Assembly: GCA_051453625.1 (NCBI GenBank)
Contig: JBOZIK010000001.1
Location: 31,794,087 to 31,843,644, forward strand
Direction of reading: 5' to 3'
Length of the DNA stretch: 49,558 nucleotides
Origin: Welwitschia mirabilis
Lineage: Eukaryota
Positions within the stretch are counted from its first letter, which is position 1; the number at the start of each line of letters is the position of its first letter. The notes beneath the pieces are model-generated. The model was given only the letters and a program-made list of their open reading frames with translations, did no database searches and was not told where the DNA came from. Made by a program: the position numbers and the translations under genes. Below, piece by piece: positions 11,150 to 24,960 of this stretch.

Positions 11150-13885
11150 ATGATCAATATAGAAAGGAAAAATCAGAGAGAAAGGCTACCGATAGAGAAA
11201 AATATTAGAGAAGGACTAATAGACATTAAAAAAGAATCAAAGAAATAGTCTTTACGTGCATATAATCCTTTTTCTAAATTTATGTTTTCTAAATCAAACC
11301 CATTAAAAAAGTAGAAAACTAGTTTAAAATGTGAAGTACTACCCAAAAACAAAAACAAGTTATAGGGTCTTCTACCCCTAACCCTAATACAAATCTTACC
11401 TTAAGGGAATTACTAGCCAATAAGAAATGAGATATTCAAACCCCTTTTGATCTACTCCCCTGAGATGATGTTGAGCTTAAAAACGTAAATGCCTACCTAA
11501 CTTTTAATGGAGAAAATTATGAGAATCCTCTTCAACATATTGCAAATTTAGAATAATTAATCCTTACTTTAAAAATGGAAAGAAAAAATTATTAATAGAA
11601 CATACATAGTAATATTTCCCATGACCTTAAAAGGAAGAGTTAAAAATTTGCTAAAAACCATATTCCACAAAAGCTTAAAGCCTTGGAAATATATTCATGA
11701 GTAAAGAAACTGTAGGAAAAAAGAAAAAAGAAAATGACAAACTTTCAACAAAAAAAAAATAAAGATTATACTTCACATGTTAACATTTCTTTGTAGCAAC
11801 TCACTCTAATCTAATAGATGCTTTCTCATAAGAAAAACTGTAAGCTACTTTTATAGTTGTTTAAATCCCCACACAAAACAACTTGTAGATTTTTCCTATG
11901 ATGGAAACTTTATGAATCTCATGTTAGGAAATGCCTTGGAAAAATTAGAAGAAATTGTAGAGGTTAGTTAAGCTTGTCCAACATCAAAAGACAACCATAT
12001 TGTAGGCCAAATTATCAAATATTTAAATGAGGTAAAATAAAAAGAGGTGGATTAAAACCCTACAAATTTGATTCAAAAATTCACAACAATCCTAGAAAAG
12101 TATACAGAAATGGTTTTAGATGCCAAATTTGCAACAATTAAAATGTTATGCCAACTGGTGATTTATGAAAGGATAATTATCACATCATCAGAAGCTGTCT
12201 TCTATTACAAACATATAAAGAAAGAATACATGAATAAGTTTGTCCTTTCAATCAAACATCTTAAAACTCAAAATTAGGCACAACAAAGGTTGAATACTCA
12301 TTTTTAAAACAATACTCAACCTTTTAGAAACTAATTTGAAAACTTAAATTTCCAACCAAGTTCACCCAACTTTTAACATTTAAATGATCAAATTACAAAT
12401 GTTTTGAATGAAATGAGAAAAACACATAAAATAACAAATATGAAACTTGATAAATTGGTAAATGTCCTTTAACAAAAAATACTAGCAAACCAAAGACCTT
12501 AAGAAACAGTAGCTACATAATCTTTACCCAACTCCAAGGAAATAATAAAATACTATAGGGTTGTGATAAGAAGTGACTAAGAAATAAACCTTCCTCCATA
12601 TGAACCTTTCACCTCCCAAAATGACTTTAGATATGATGAAGAAGAAGAGGGTGACATTGAAATGTTAGAAGATTGTAACTTTTTCTTTCTTAATTAAAAG
12701 AGAAAGAAAAATCCTTCTCAACAATAACCAACTACCCCTTCGCTTGATAGGCTTAATAATAATTCAACTTTAAATGAACATATTAAAGCCTTGATGAAAA
12801 ACGTGAGCATAAATTTATCCTTTTGGAAACTTTTGTAACAAAATTTAGGGTACTCAAAATTATGGAAAGACTTAATAAGAAGAAAATAAAAATGAATAAT
12901 TCCTAATAAACTATTCCTATCACAATATCTCACAAATTTCATATTACAAAAATCACCTACATTAAAAGATATAGGACCTGCAACAGTAAATCTTACATTA
13001 GAGAGAAACAAAAAGATTAGTAAAGCCTTAATTAACATTAGAGTTAGTGTTAATATAATGCCACTACACATTTTCAAGAGACTTGATCTAGAAGATAAAA
13101 TAGTACCTAATCATGTTGTCTTAGAATTAGTATAAACTTTAGTTAAGAAACTTTTACGCATCATTAAAAATTTGATAATCCAAATTGAAGAGGCTTGCTA
13201 TCTAATAGACTTGATTATCATAGAAGTTAAACATAATAGAGGTACCCATTACTTCTAGGATGAGACTTTTATGCAACATCCCATTGCATCATTAACACGA
13301 GAGTTGTAATAATGAAATATTACTTTGAAAATAGAACATTTACTATTAGAGTCTTTGATGTAGTAGAAAAAGATTTAGGTGATGATTAATTAAACATTAA
13401 AAGTAACATCAAACCAACCTTATTCCTACAACATCATCCACTTAAAAAAGGAGATATAAAATTATATGAGCCTATGCTTTGTGATGAACCCTTAAGATTG
13501 AAAATAAAAAGAAATGAAACCTTTAGATTGTAAGGAAGTTCAAATTTTAAACTTATACCTTGAGGGAGATTGTCCATTGCATGAGCCAAAAATTGAAAAT
13601 AATAATTTGAATTTGAATCTTAAAAATCTTTCTAATGGACTTGAATATAATTTTCATTATAATAAAAATTTTACAATCAATGAAAATATTCTAAAAGAAT
13701 TGCCATTACTATTCCCTCTGACTTTCAAAATTTGTACTTTTACATGGCGTCATAAAGTTCTATCCATTTCCACTCTCTTCATCCAATTGATTTTACTTGA
13801 AACCAGTTGTACACCTTTTATGTTTTATCAATTGATAAACTTCTGGTTTAGACCTTACTTCTCTAAAAACATGCAAAATCAGTAG
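11150..13885 (+). pseudogene. Element B gag-protease remnant with hydrophobic C-terminal tail
   Basis: MINIERK...FNGENYENPLQHI...FPMTLKGRVKNLL (gag) and KALINIRVSVNIMPLHIFKRL (protease, ~13020-13090). It ends in ORF 13514-13885. Confidence 0.8.
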
Positions 13886-16069
13886 AGTATTAAAACATAT
13901 CTTTTTCCTTTTTCTTTTCCTTTTAATAAAAGTATTCAGTAGATTTTTAAGACTTGAATAAAATTTGCTGTTTGGATGTTTTCTTTTTAGTTTTTAAAAT
14001 TCTAATCTCTGATTTTGTTTTTAACTTTATATTTTGATTTTTTGATATGTTGTCCCTTCTATCATTCCCACTATAATTAGGATGATAGTCTCTATTTTTT
14101 GTTTTTACTCTCAGCCTTCTATTAAATTTTCACTTTTTGTTTATATTTTTTATCTCTATCATCCTCTTTATTATCTGGATGACTAGTAAGACAACAGTCA
14201 TTAATAAATTATTTTGGTTTCTATTATTTTGAAGAAAATACATTTTCATGGCTATGTTGAGATTTATAAGTTAACTACTTAAGAATTTCAGGAAGTTAAT
14301 GGGCAAAGTTTGAAATTACATGAGCAAACTATCTAAATTTTCTCTTAGCTTTTTTCCTTTGGAGTTCATTATGGCATTACTTGATCATATTTTAAACATG
14401 ATTTATGTATTTATTTTTATGACTAGTATTTTCACTTGGGCACTTTAGTGGTAAGATTAGACTCAACTAATATTAAGACATTCACATGTTTATGAGCTTT
14501 AGTTGAAGGAAGATGCGTTATTTTTGATGTTTTTCTTAATGGTGAAAAGNNNNNNNNNNNNNNNNNNNNNNNNNNNNNNNNNNNNNNNNNNNNNNNNNNN
14601 NNNNNNNNNNNNNNNNNNNNNNNNNNNNNNNNNNNNNNNNNNNNNNNNNTATTTTCATGACTAGTATTTTCACTTGGGCACTTTAGTGGTAATATTAGAC
14701 TCAACTAATATTAAGACATTCACATGTTTATGATCTTTAGTTTGAAGGAAGATGCTTTATTTTTGATGTTTTTCTTAATGGTGAAAAGGTCTTAGATTAT
14801 TTAAGAGTGTTCTTTTCTATCTTCCCTTTTTAACTTTACCTTTGTCTTTTGGCGTTTTTTGATCATGTGAAATATTTCTTTATTACCAAAAAAGGAAGGA
14901 AAAAGAAAAAAAAGAAAAAGAAAAANNNNNNNNNNTGTGAAATAAGACCATAATGTTTTATTTAAGATATTTTAAAAACATGGTCATCATAATGTCCTAC
15001 AGTAAGTACACCAGGTAAATATTTTTAAGACAAGCCTTTAGCAGTGTAATATGATAGTTGTGGAAATTCCATTGGAATATTAGTTGACCATGCTTCATTA
15101 ATCCTTACTTCTCTAATATGACTGCACTTCCCTTATCATGAAAATAAAATAAAAGCTAGGAGGCTATGGGATTAGTTATGTCCTTGGTATTATCAGAGGC
15201 ATTGCTTATTTTATAGACTTTTAGTACTTTTACATGATCATTTTATTTTTTGAGATTTTGGTGTTTGTTTTAAGATGTTGGTAAGTGAGTTCATTTTTTA
15301 GCAATTCTTTGTTCTGGTTATGCATTGTTTAAAAAATTTCATTTTAGCATCATCACAATCAATACCTTATCAAATAGAATTTTTTTATACATTATGTCAT
15401 GCATTTTTAAATTATGTGATGTTAGAATTTTTTTCATAGGAGTCTATTAGAATAAAATGTCGGAAAGGTGAGATATCTTTTTTTATGTTATCTTATGCCC
15501 TTTTTTTGTTTTCCTTTTGTATTTTATTTAGTAATTTCAAATTTATTATTGTATTTTCTTAGCTTTTTAGGACCTTAATGCTTTCTTTATTTAGCTTTCA
15601 ATAAAAAGAATTGATTTCTTACTTGATAGATATTTTTGTTATGTTTATTTTTGAGTTCTTAACACTTCTTCTAATCATTTTTTGTGATGGAATATTTTCC
15701 TTATTAAAATGTTTAATCTATCCATATTTTTCACATCTGACATTTTACTCATATTTACACTTCATTTCAAAAGATGTCTAATTTTAACTACCCATCATTT
15801 GCCTTCTCACTCCTGTCTACTTTCTTTATTTCATTTTTCCAATATGGAATATATTACTTTTCTTGAGGGGGACAGGGCCCATTTCCATAGCTTATTTTCA
15901 TAAATTTTTGAGATATTATAGAGCTTTTACAACACAAAATTTTAAATTTTTCATACATATTATGCATTACATGTTATTTTGTTATGAGATGTGTATTATA
16001 AGCTTGTTTAAAAATTTTTAGTTTGATTTCTTTTGTAAAACAAATTGACTCACAATTGTGGTTTTTTGT

Positions 16070-16080
16070 AAGTGGGGGGC
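16070..16080 (+). promoter_or_regulatory. Polypurine tract of element B
   Basis: aagtggggggc immediately before the 3' LTR. The equivalent aagtggaagg is at 36091-36100 in E. Confidence 0.7.
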
Positions 16081-16082
16081 TA

Positions 16083-17151
16083 TTTTACACTACCAATTTT
16101 TGGTTATTTAATGGGGTTTTATGAGATGTTTTATAGGACTTTTACACAAGTTTAAGTGCAAATATGAGGATTTTAGAGAACTAATATAAGATCTTAGAAA
16201 TGTGCAATTATTACCTAGATTTGATGCATTTAAGGCACATTCTAATACACAGAGCCTTGGAAGAATATTATTCACAGAAAGGCTAGTTTCTCTTTTACAA
16301 AATGATCAAAGAAAATAGTCATCCCTCTATCGTCCCCATGACAAGAAGGATGATGACACTATTAGTTGCTAACATGGACTGCTAAATCACTATTAAGTAA
16401 TCATTATAAATCACCTTTTATAATGAGCTATCATTTCCCATATTATCTAGAAAACAGTCAGGATGAAATTAACATGTAACTAACTCTGACAGTCAACCCT
16501 TAACCATTTCATCCATTTCTTTTATGTAAAAGAGTACATTTTTGGAACACCTTCTTTTGTCATTTTTTGTTGTGTTTTATTATAAATAAGTGTCCCTTTA
16601 ACTCTCTTTATCATCTTGGTTTCACTATAAATTCTCATGATAGGATATCAAAGAGTGGGAAATATATCCTGAGTGTTGTAGAAAGACATTCCTTTGGTGG
16701 AGGCCTATGCATCGTTCAGTGAAACCTAGTTGTTTTGTAACCCAAATCTTTGATGACTTGTTAATGTAAACTCTATTTTCTTTATTGCATATTAGATTAT
16801 CTTATGAATCTTATGGTTTATAATTGCTCTTAATTTCTTGGGTGATGGAGGTCATCAAGGGCAGCCTTTGTTAAGGTTGAAAGAAAGTAGCTTAGGATTA
16901 TTTGCATTTGCATTTAGATTAGATTGAATTATCATTTGCATAATTTTATTTCATTATTCTTTATTTTTAGTTTCTATTGTTTTTTAAAAAGCAATCTCAG
17001 TCTTATCTCATAGTTTTTAATGAGAATACGACATTTGGATTAACTCCCATTCATACTAGTGTGTTGTATTGTATGAGATATTTATCTTATTTTATGAATG
17101 ACAGAATCCTTTTTGAGTATATAAACACTTGCATAAATACATACCAAAACA
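16083..17151 (+). repeat. Element B 3' LTR
   Basis: Diverged direct copy of 9380-10458, ending cataccaaaaCA. Confidence 0.9.
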
Positions 17152-17415
17152 AGGGATAATATAAAAACCCAAGTTATTATGAAAATAAAAAATCCTAAGT
17201 TTCACAAACTATCATCACTGTAGGTCATCTTGACAAGAAGAGGGATGATAGAGCATTATTTTTAAAATGAAAAAATGCAAAAATAAAAACATACATTTCT
17301 ACTATTAGAGTAGAACACCACTATAGATAAATACCTTAAACAAAATCCAAAGTACTTATTTGAGCAATGATAATCCCTAAACTTCAAGTAGCCTTTTTTG
17401 ACCATAATGCCAATA

Positions 17416-18698
17416 TGTTATGGTGTGTATCTATGATAATGTTACATCCTTAAATAAATCTTATAAATAATGAATATATATATATTTTAAACAACATAAC
17501 CAACTAATATAGATGGAAGTAACCCAAATGCCATAATCCTAGTGAAGGCATAGATGAGAAGAAAAGTGAATTGATTTTAAAATGAAACACTTATGTAACC
17601 TTAAAATAGAAAAAATTAAAAATTCAAAATAATAACATAAATAAATACACTATGAAAATTACACAACACAAATGAGATCCAAGTTTGATCCTAAAAGCAA
17701 CTTCTATTTAATTACTAAATTAACCTATTATAAAAATTAATCTTATATAATCTATATCAATCAAGGAAAGCAATCATCAAACTAAAACCAACCTAAGCTA
17801 TTAGGTAAATCAAATAGAATATAAAAATAATGTAAAGTTAATCTATAAAATAAATGTAATGTACCTAAACTCATAATGTTAACCTTAACAAAGGTTGCCT
17901 TGATGATCTATATCAACAATGAAGCTATCATAGAATCAGAAGCAACATAAACTATAAGGAATATGCACATGACAAAAAATATAAAAAGGAAAATATAGTT
18001 CTTATTAAAGAAAACCAAACATCCATATTACAAAGCAGCAACTCCTCAATAAAGAATAAATAGCCTAATACCAAGGAATACATCTCTCTTCAATAATAAT
18101 GGATCAACCTCTACCCTTTAATCTCCTATCATAAGAATTTTCTTTGTTACAAATAATAAAAATGGAGTTGAGTGTAAATGAATTATTTATTACAAAATAA
18201 ACTCTGAAATTAGCAACTACTAATAGACACACCAATAACCCTAATAACCACATATGAAGATGCAAGTTATATGGCTAGAGTTTACTCAAGTTTAGTGAAG
18301 CATTATTTTTAGGCATCATCCTACTCGTCATCTGGATGTCACAGGAGATGATGCCATATCATATGAGTTCCACATTAGCTATCAAATTAATCTAGTAAGC
18401 ATCGTCCTTAGCTTAAGTAGTTCTATCATTTGTATAATCATCCAGATGATTAGGCAGGTGATGCATTTTTTTAAAGTATTTCAAGTATTACATTAGGTTC
18501 TTTAATTATACGATAATTGCTTCATATAGAAAGTATTATGAATTTATTCAAATGCCATCAAATGTAATGAATATTTCATGTTTTAGTAACATTTTTCATA
18601 GCTCTCGATTATTATCAAAACTTAGAATAAACATGTTTAATGTCCTACAAATCTACCTAAGATGTCCTATCAAATACATATAATTTAGTAGCATAACA
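17416..18698 (-). repeat. Element A 5' LTR
   Basis: The minus strand runs TGTTATGCTACTAAATT...CACACCATAACA and is followed by a PBS remnant tggcattatggtc (17395-17412). It shares blocks with LTRs B and C, e.g. caaggcaacctttgttaaggtt. Confidence 0.8.
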
Positions 18699-21600
18699 TT
18701 CCTCATGTGCTATTAGTCCATAATATGCTCATAATCTTTTTTATCTCTTGTAGCTTCGCCACAACTCAAATGATAGATATTAAGGTAAAGCTTGCTAAGA
18801 TAAATATAATGAATAAAGGATGCATTCATTACATTAACTTGGTTCATTATTGCTTAAAAATTATTTATTCTTTTGTACCTATATTCTACCTCTTTGTGGG
18901 AATAAGTGGCTATCTAATATGAACTTTAACATGTTTAGTAAGAATCTTATTACCATAAAAGCAAAATTTAACTTCACATTCTTTATCCTTTGATGCAATA
19001 TTCAAAGTTTTTCATTCACAAGGACCTCCTTGTCAACATAAGCAATCTTCTAGCAACTCTCATCCACCTAAGGCATTACATCATAAAAAGTTTAAGGATC
19101 CATATAAATGGCTAACTAAGAAGCCTAATTAAACTCAGCTAAATAAGAAGTAAGTTTAGTATATTACTACTCTAAAAAAAACAAATATAAGTGATCATTA
19201 TGCGAAAGAAAAGATCATATCATAGATTTCTATTGCATACCTTAGGGGAAGATGAAATATATGGCTAACAATGCATTTATTAAATATTTTAAATTCCTTG
19301 ATAATAAAAATTTTGAGTCACACATAATTTTTATTAACTCTAACTTTGTAGATATGAGTAAGAACATACCTATTTATAATTGTGGATTCTTGACATAGAT
19401 GTTGTTCATTATATGAACTATAGATGTGATTATTTTGATGATTTTCTCATAGCACTAGGTTAGATTTATTTGGCAAATAGAACTCTAGTTCTAGTGGAAT
19501 CCTATGATTTTATTACCCTTAACTTGACATTTCTCTCTTCATAGACTCTTTTTAATGTTCTATATGTGTCTTCTTTAAGGTTATATATTTTATCATTTTG
19601 ACTTTGGTATGAGAATATCACTCAATGACTAAGCACTTAGTGGACATTTATAATTTCAATCAATAACTAATTATGAAAGGCTACATAAGTAAAAATATTA
19701 TTTGTCTTTAAGGTTATGTCAAAATATAAGAGACTACTTAAATAATTTCTCAAGATGAGTTCTCTTCCTTGCTACTATGGTATCCTTAACTAGGACATCC
19801 TACTTCTTGCATTATGAATGTAGTGCATAAGAAGGCCACTAGCTTTTTTTGTCCATTACATAGGCATTTTCTTAATGCGAAGAATGTCTAATGGGTAAAG
19901 AAACTAAAGAATGGTTTGTATTAAGTAAGTGACATGTTGATTAAAAAGTTGTACTTATTGATAGTGATTTATATGAATGTATGCTAGTTTCCATTCTTCA
20001 TGGATTTTTTAACTTTATCTTTTTATTGATGACTATTCCTAGATGACTTGGGTTTATTTTATTAAGTTCAAATCATAGACTTTAGACATTTTCAAAAATT
20101 TTAAATTCAAAACCAAAAAGAAAGCCAATTGTATAATTAAGATTTTTCACTCTAATAATGGTGTTGAGTATACATCTACTAAGTTTAAAAACTGTCTTAC
20201 TTATAAAGGAATTTATCATTTAAAGACATATATTGGGATACCTTAACAAAATTACATCATTATATAATTTAATTGCATATTTATGGATATGACACATTCC
20301 ATGATGTAATTTAATGGGTTTAAGACCTATTCTTAAGGTGAGTCAATGAATACAATTATACTTCTTAATAATTACATCAGTCGATATACTAAAAAAGGAG
20401 TATTTATAGGTAAGAATTGATATGGATTCAAGCTGAAATTGCACCACTTTTAGTATTTTATTACAAGTGCTATGTCCATATTTCATAGGAACATTGTAAT
20501 AAATTTGGAGTACATGCTCATATCAGCATCTTTATAGGATATCCAATTAATTAGAAAGGTTATCAAGTTTATTCACCAAAGCATTAAAAGAGAAATGTTT
20601 CTTGTAACATCATCTTTTTAGAGACTTTGATTAATGATTTTCAACTTGATCTTTCAAAGCTTCATCCTTGCTCTAACCTAGTAACCATTTTGGATGCTTA
20701 ATATCCTATAGTTAAGGGGGAAGATATAGCCATCAATCCTACTTTAATTACTTATATTAGTATGACTTCTTTGTAACCTATAGGAATTGAGTAATCAGTG
20801 CTTTACACATAATTAATCATGGTTCTAGTAGCAATTCAGCAAGTTCTCCAACTAAAGAAATTGAGATTACCTATAGGCAACATTTAAGTACTTGGTTATA
20901 ATATACTCTCTAAGACATTAGTAATGATTACAAGGGTAACATTAGAACTAGACATGGCTTACATACATCTCATAATAATGATGATCATAGTCTTCATTTA
21001 AATTTTGATGGTGAAGCAACCTCGTTTAAAAATGCTATTCAACATCATCATTGAATAAATGTCATGTAATATGAATATAACAATCTTATTAAAAATGACA
21101 CTTAGAAGTTAATAAAACCTCTGTTGGGATGTAGAACATTATCACAAATAGGTTTTCTATAAAAATTATAATACAACTAACACTCTTGAGTGACATAAAG
21201 CTTAGTTTATTGTTGTAGGCCTATGACAAAAGAAAGAACTTGACTATAATGAAGTCTTTACTTCAACAAAAAAATGGAATACAATTATAATGCTAATTGC
21301 CTTGGTAACAAGATAGGGATGGAAGCTTGATCAATTGGATGTAAAGATTGTCTTTCTTTATGGATACATAAAAGAAGAAATCTACATGATGCAAACAAAG
21401 GTTTTTAAAGAAAAGGCAAAGAACAGAAGGTGTATAGATTGATCAAGAATATCTTTATACACTAAGATTACAAATTATTTAAATTTTATTAAATTTAAAT
21501 TATGTAATTATCAATATGTAGATGCCACATTATTTAACAAATCTAATAAACACATAATGGTATATGTAGATAATATGCTAATAACTAGAAGTGATGAAGA

Positions 21601-22490
21601 AGATGTGAAATGAACAAAAATCACATTGAGCAAGGCATTTAAGATTTTTTATCCTAAATTGATTAGATTCTACCTAAGTGTAAAAATTATTCATCAAAAG
21701 GATGGAATATTCTTAATGTAAAATAAGTACATCAGAGGTCTAATCCAAAAATTTAGACTAGAAGATGTAAAAGAAGCTATAATAAGAGAAAAATGTCAAG
21801 ATATCTATTAAGGAATACTCAGAACCTACAAATAAAATAGAATACAAAAGTATAGTAGAAATTCTAATTTATATAAATATCACTAGACCAAACATATCAT
21901 ATGTTATTAATGTGTTATTAAGATATATTTATATCCCAAGGTCACTTATTTGAACACTGTGAAGAGAATACCGATATACCTAAAGAAGGCACAAGAGTTA
22001 GATCTCACCTATAAAAGAAACTCTTAATTCATTCTCAATGTATATTCTAACTCATATTTAAATAGAGAAANNNNNNNNNNNNNNNNNNNATTAGGGCATG
22101 TCATATTCTTGGGAACATTACCTCTATCTTAGTAATTAAAGCATTTAAGAACTATAACATGATTGTTTGCCAAAGTCAAATATATAGCTATTTCTAAATA
22201 ATGTAGAGAAATCAAATGGTTGAGAAAACTTTTAGAAGTAGTGAACGTTAAATAGACTAAGACAACAAAACTCTTCATCAAAATCAGTCAACAATTTGCA
22301 TAGTAAAAGACCTAATGCACTATAACAAAACAAAATACTCTTACATTGGGGTCCATAAAATTAGGAAACTCATATAGAATGAAAGTACTATACTAGTATA
22401 CTATCTGACTATAGAATAAACTATCAATTTTCTTATCTAATTACTTGGTTGAAAGAAGTTCTAGTATTTCTAACCTAAAACTAGATTGAC
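18699..22490 (+). pseudogene. Ty1/copia polyprotein remnant (gag C-terminus, protease, integrase, RT, RNase H)
   Basis: Zinc knuckle *SLCERKDHIIDFY (~19190), WILDIDVVHYM (~19382), LWYP*LGHP (~19775), FIDDYS*MTWVYFIK and HSNNGVEY (integrase), QLDVKIVFLYG and VYVDNML (RT), RNase H at ~22030-22470. Integrase precedes RT, which is the copia order. Confidence 0.9.
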
Positions 22491-22499
22491 AATCATGAG

Positions 22500-23058
22500 T
22501 TGAATCAAACTCATTTCTTTCTTGTAAATTATGGGTTTTATTTGACTTGTGAGTCTTTGATTTAAGTTGCACCTAATTTTACTACTACAGGATGTGTAAT
22601 ACAAATATGGCCTAGTACTATGAGATGTGTAGTACATGTTTTGGCTTAGCATTATGGAATGTTTAATGCACATAATAACCCTATTTGCTATGAGATGTTT
22701 AGCATCAAATTGACTACCTCTTTAATAAAGTAGTCCACTAAGATGAAAACTCCTTTTTAGAGGTTTTACTAGAGTTCATATTCCCATGTCTTTCTATTGG
22801 ATACTCTAGTTTTTTCTTGGAATGTATTTCTACATTAAGGTTGGATTAGTAAGACTTATGCACATCATGGTTCCATTCTTAGGGATACGTAAAACCCTAG
22901 TGGTATGAGTGTCTTTATAAAGAAATCTCTTCATGTATAATGAGAGGAGGAAAAATAAAACTTATGTTTTGAAAAATCTTGTGTCATTGTCTTGATACTC
23001 TTATTTCTCAATAATATACAATATAAAATTAAAGTTTTAAATTCATTACTTTATTAAT
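22500..23058 (+). repeat. Possible 3' LTR of the copia element
   Basis: It follows the RNase H, has a tttataaag box (~22915) and a tcaataatata polyA-like signal, and ends ttaata. There is no clear PPT and no partner LTR in the window. Confidence 0.35.
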
Positions 23059-23119
23059 AGAAGTTAAAGATACTACTAGTTAAATTAGCATCTTTTTAAT
23101 AGCAACATGTTAGTAGTAT

Positions 23120-24960
23120 AATAATGAGAAAAGAGCTTATTTAGAGTGTGGGCAAGTATTTATCAAACTAGAGAATATAGGATTTACAAGATCTAAAATT
23201 TTTTAAGATCAAGGATTCCAAATGTTAAAATAATTAACAACCTTATTGAACCAAAATATAGTCTAAGATGTAAAAATATCATATAAGTTCATCCTCTAGT
23301 AAATTCTAGTTTTATAAGCATGTTATGATGAATTTGTACCACATTTTAAAATTAAAAAATCCTTAAAAAATTCTAAAACTATAGGTCTATATTGTTCTCA
23401 ATCAAAATTTAATGCCCAAACTAGTGAAAATAAATTTTATTTTCTTATTGAGCACTTATGTAGATGAAATCATCATTATACAAAAAGAATCCCAATTGTT
23501 TAGATACAAGAGAAACCAAGAGCTATTTCAACTTGCTTTTAGTACCTTTTTTAAAATTATAACTTATATGATAATGAAGTAAAAATGAAGTTGATATCTT
23601 TAAAAAATGGATATATTATAAGTTCAAATGAAATATTTTTCTTATAGACATCTCTTTATTCTATAGAGTATTGCCAAAGGTATTTTTGACATAAATCATA
23701 CCCTATGTAAAGATTACTACATTTTTACGGCAGAAAATTTACCTTCTTCATCATGCCCTTATAAAGTCAAAAACTAATTTACTTGCTTTGTTTGAATAAA
23801 GAGACTAAAATCCCTATCTTTAAACCCTAAGAGATTAAACATACCATAGTAACATACACTATTCTATCATAACATTATATTACATTATTTAGAAATTTTG
23901 TTGAAAGAATATTCACTCCAAAAAAGATACAAAGTTTTCATGTCAATCATGGATTATGCTTCTAGATTTGCTTGTATGGGAAAATCTTGTTTTAAGTGCT
24001 AAAGTACTAAAGAATGTCCTAAAAAACATATTCACTTCATTAAAGAGATTACCCAGATACTTATTAGAGTAATAAACCATATCAAATAAGAAGATGAAGG
24101 CAAAAAAGAAGAATAAATAAGATTAGACATCTACTCAAATCTTTGGCTCTAAATATAAGTGTATTATTTCACTAAGTGATCTGTTAATACTAATTGTTCA
24201 AGTGCCTATATCACCTTCTTATCATAAGCTAACTTCATGAAAGTAATTTACTAGAATAACCATTATGCTTGCTAAAGTAAAAAAAAAAAAAAAAAAAAAT
24301 GTAGCTCATCAAAGAGGAATTAGAATCCTTAGAAAAATGATAGAAAACTCAAGATAAAAGTTTGATTATGATTGAGATTAATCCTTATTATTATACATAA
24401 GAAAAATGAGTGGAATTTATGCAAAACCTTGAATCCAATGTGCACATTATATTAAATTAAGCAAAGCAATGGTATTTTACTTATGATTATTTCTATAACA
24501 TTATAATATATAGTAAAATAATGGAATGTTTCATAGAAAAATAAGATAAAGAGATCTTATAATAATTAGTAAACTCCTAGAGTAATGATCTAGATCAAGA
24601 TGAACTTACAAAAAGTAATAAACTTATGGATATGTTAGTTAGGAACTAATTCTAGGAAATTTTGTATTATGTCTATGGAGTAAAGATGAATAAAATAAAG
24701 AAGATAACTAGAGCAAAAATACAAAAAATAGATACAACAATCCTTAAGCAATAAAAAAAAATATTTTAAAGAAGCGGTCACTAAATAAAAACAGAAAAAA
24801 AAAATATAAGACCTAAGGAAAAAGTTGTTTAACATATTTGAAAAATATAGGATAAATATCCTAAATGCATACATTCAACAAAAAGAAGAGTTAATAAAGT
24901 GAACATAGGAAAAACTCAATTTTTGAAATGAGGAGATTACACTCTAAGCCATCACAAAAG
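23120..24960 (+). pseudogene. Unidentified decayed ORF with a K/E/Q-rich, coiled-coil-like C-terminal part
   Basis: Strong purine skew and semi-open frames, e.g. DLDQDELTKSNKLMDMLVRN and LNAYIQQKEELIK. No family motif recognised. Confidence 0.3.

Larger units (their letters stand above)
9380..17151 (+). mobile_element. Element B: full-length non-autonomous LTR retrotransposon (gag + protease only, TR-GAG-like)
   Basis: Two ~1.07-kb direct LTRs, PBS, gag/protease remnants and PPT, with no RT, RH or INT motifs. Flanks are agggaa and agggat (imperfect TSD). Confidence 0.85.
5023..18698 (-). mobile_element. Element A: autonomous-type Ty3/gypsy (non-chromovirus, Athila-like) LTR retrotransposon, interrupted by B and cut off by C
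   Basis: 5' LTR at 17416-18698, PBS remnant, leader split by B, then gag-protease-RT-partial RNase H remnants on the minus strand. Confidence 0.85.

Noticed and set aside
12718..13077. 119-aa minus-strand ORF with a paralog at 32806-33312
   Set aside because: It is the antisense shadow of the gag-protease region of B and E, and the similarity follows from element homology.
14405..14790. Apparent tandem duplications flanking N gaps (also 28686-28905, 29270-29436, 30968-31960, 32814-33092)
   Set aside because: Each near-identical pair brackets a gap, usually ~100 N. This is typical of unmerged overlapping contigs or haplotypes rather than biological repeats.
23940..24030. MDYASRF...KECPKKH as a possible gypsy gag fragment
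   Set aside because: The resemblance is short and weak, with no supporting upstream gag motif, PBS or downstream protease.
24278..24299. Poly(A) run as a possible SINE or retrocopy tail
   Set aside because: No TSD, Pol III boxes or identifiable body upstream.
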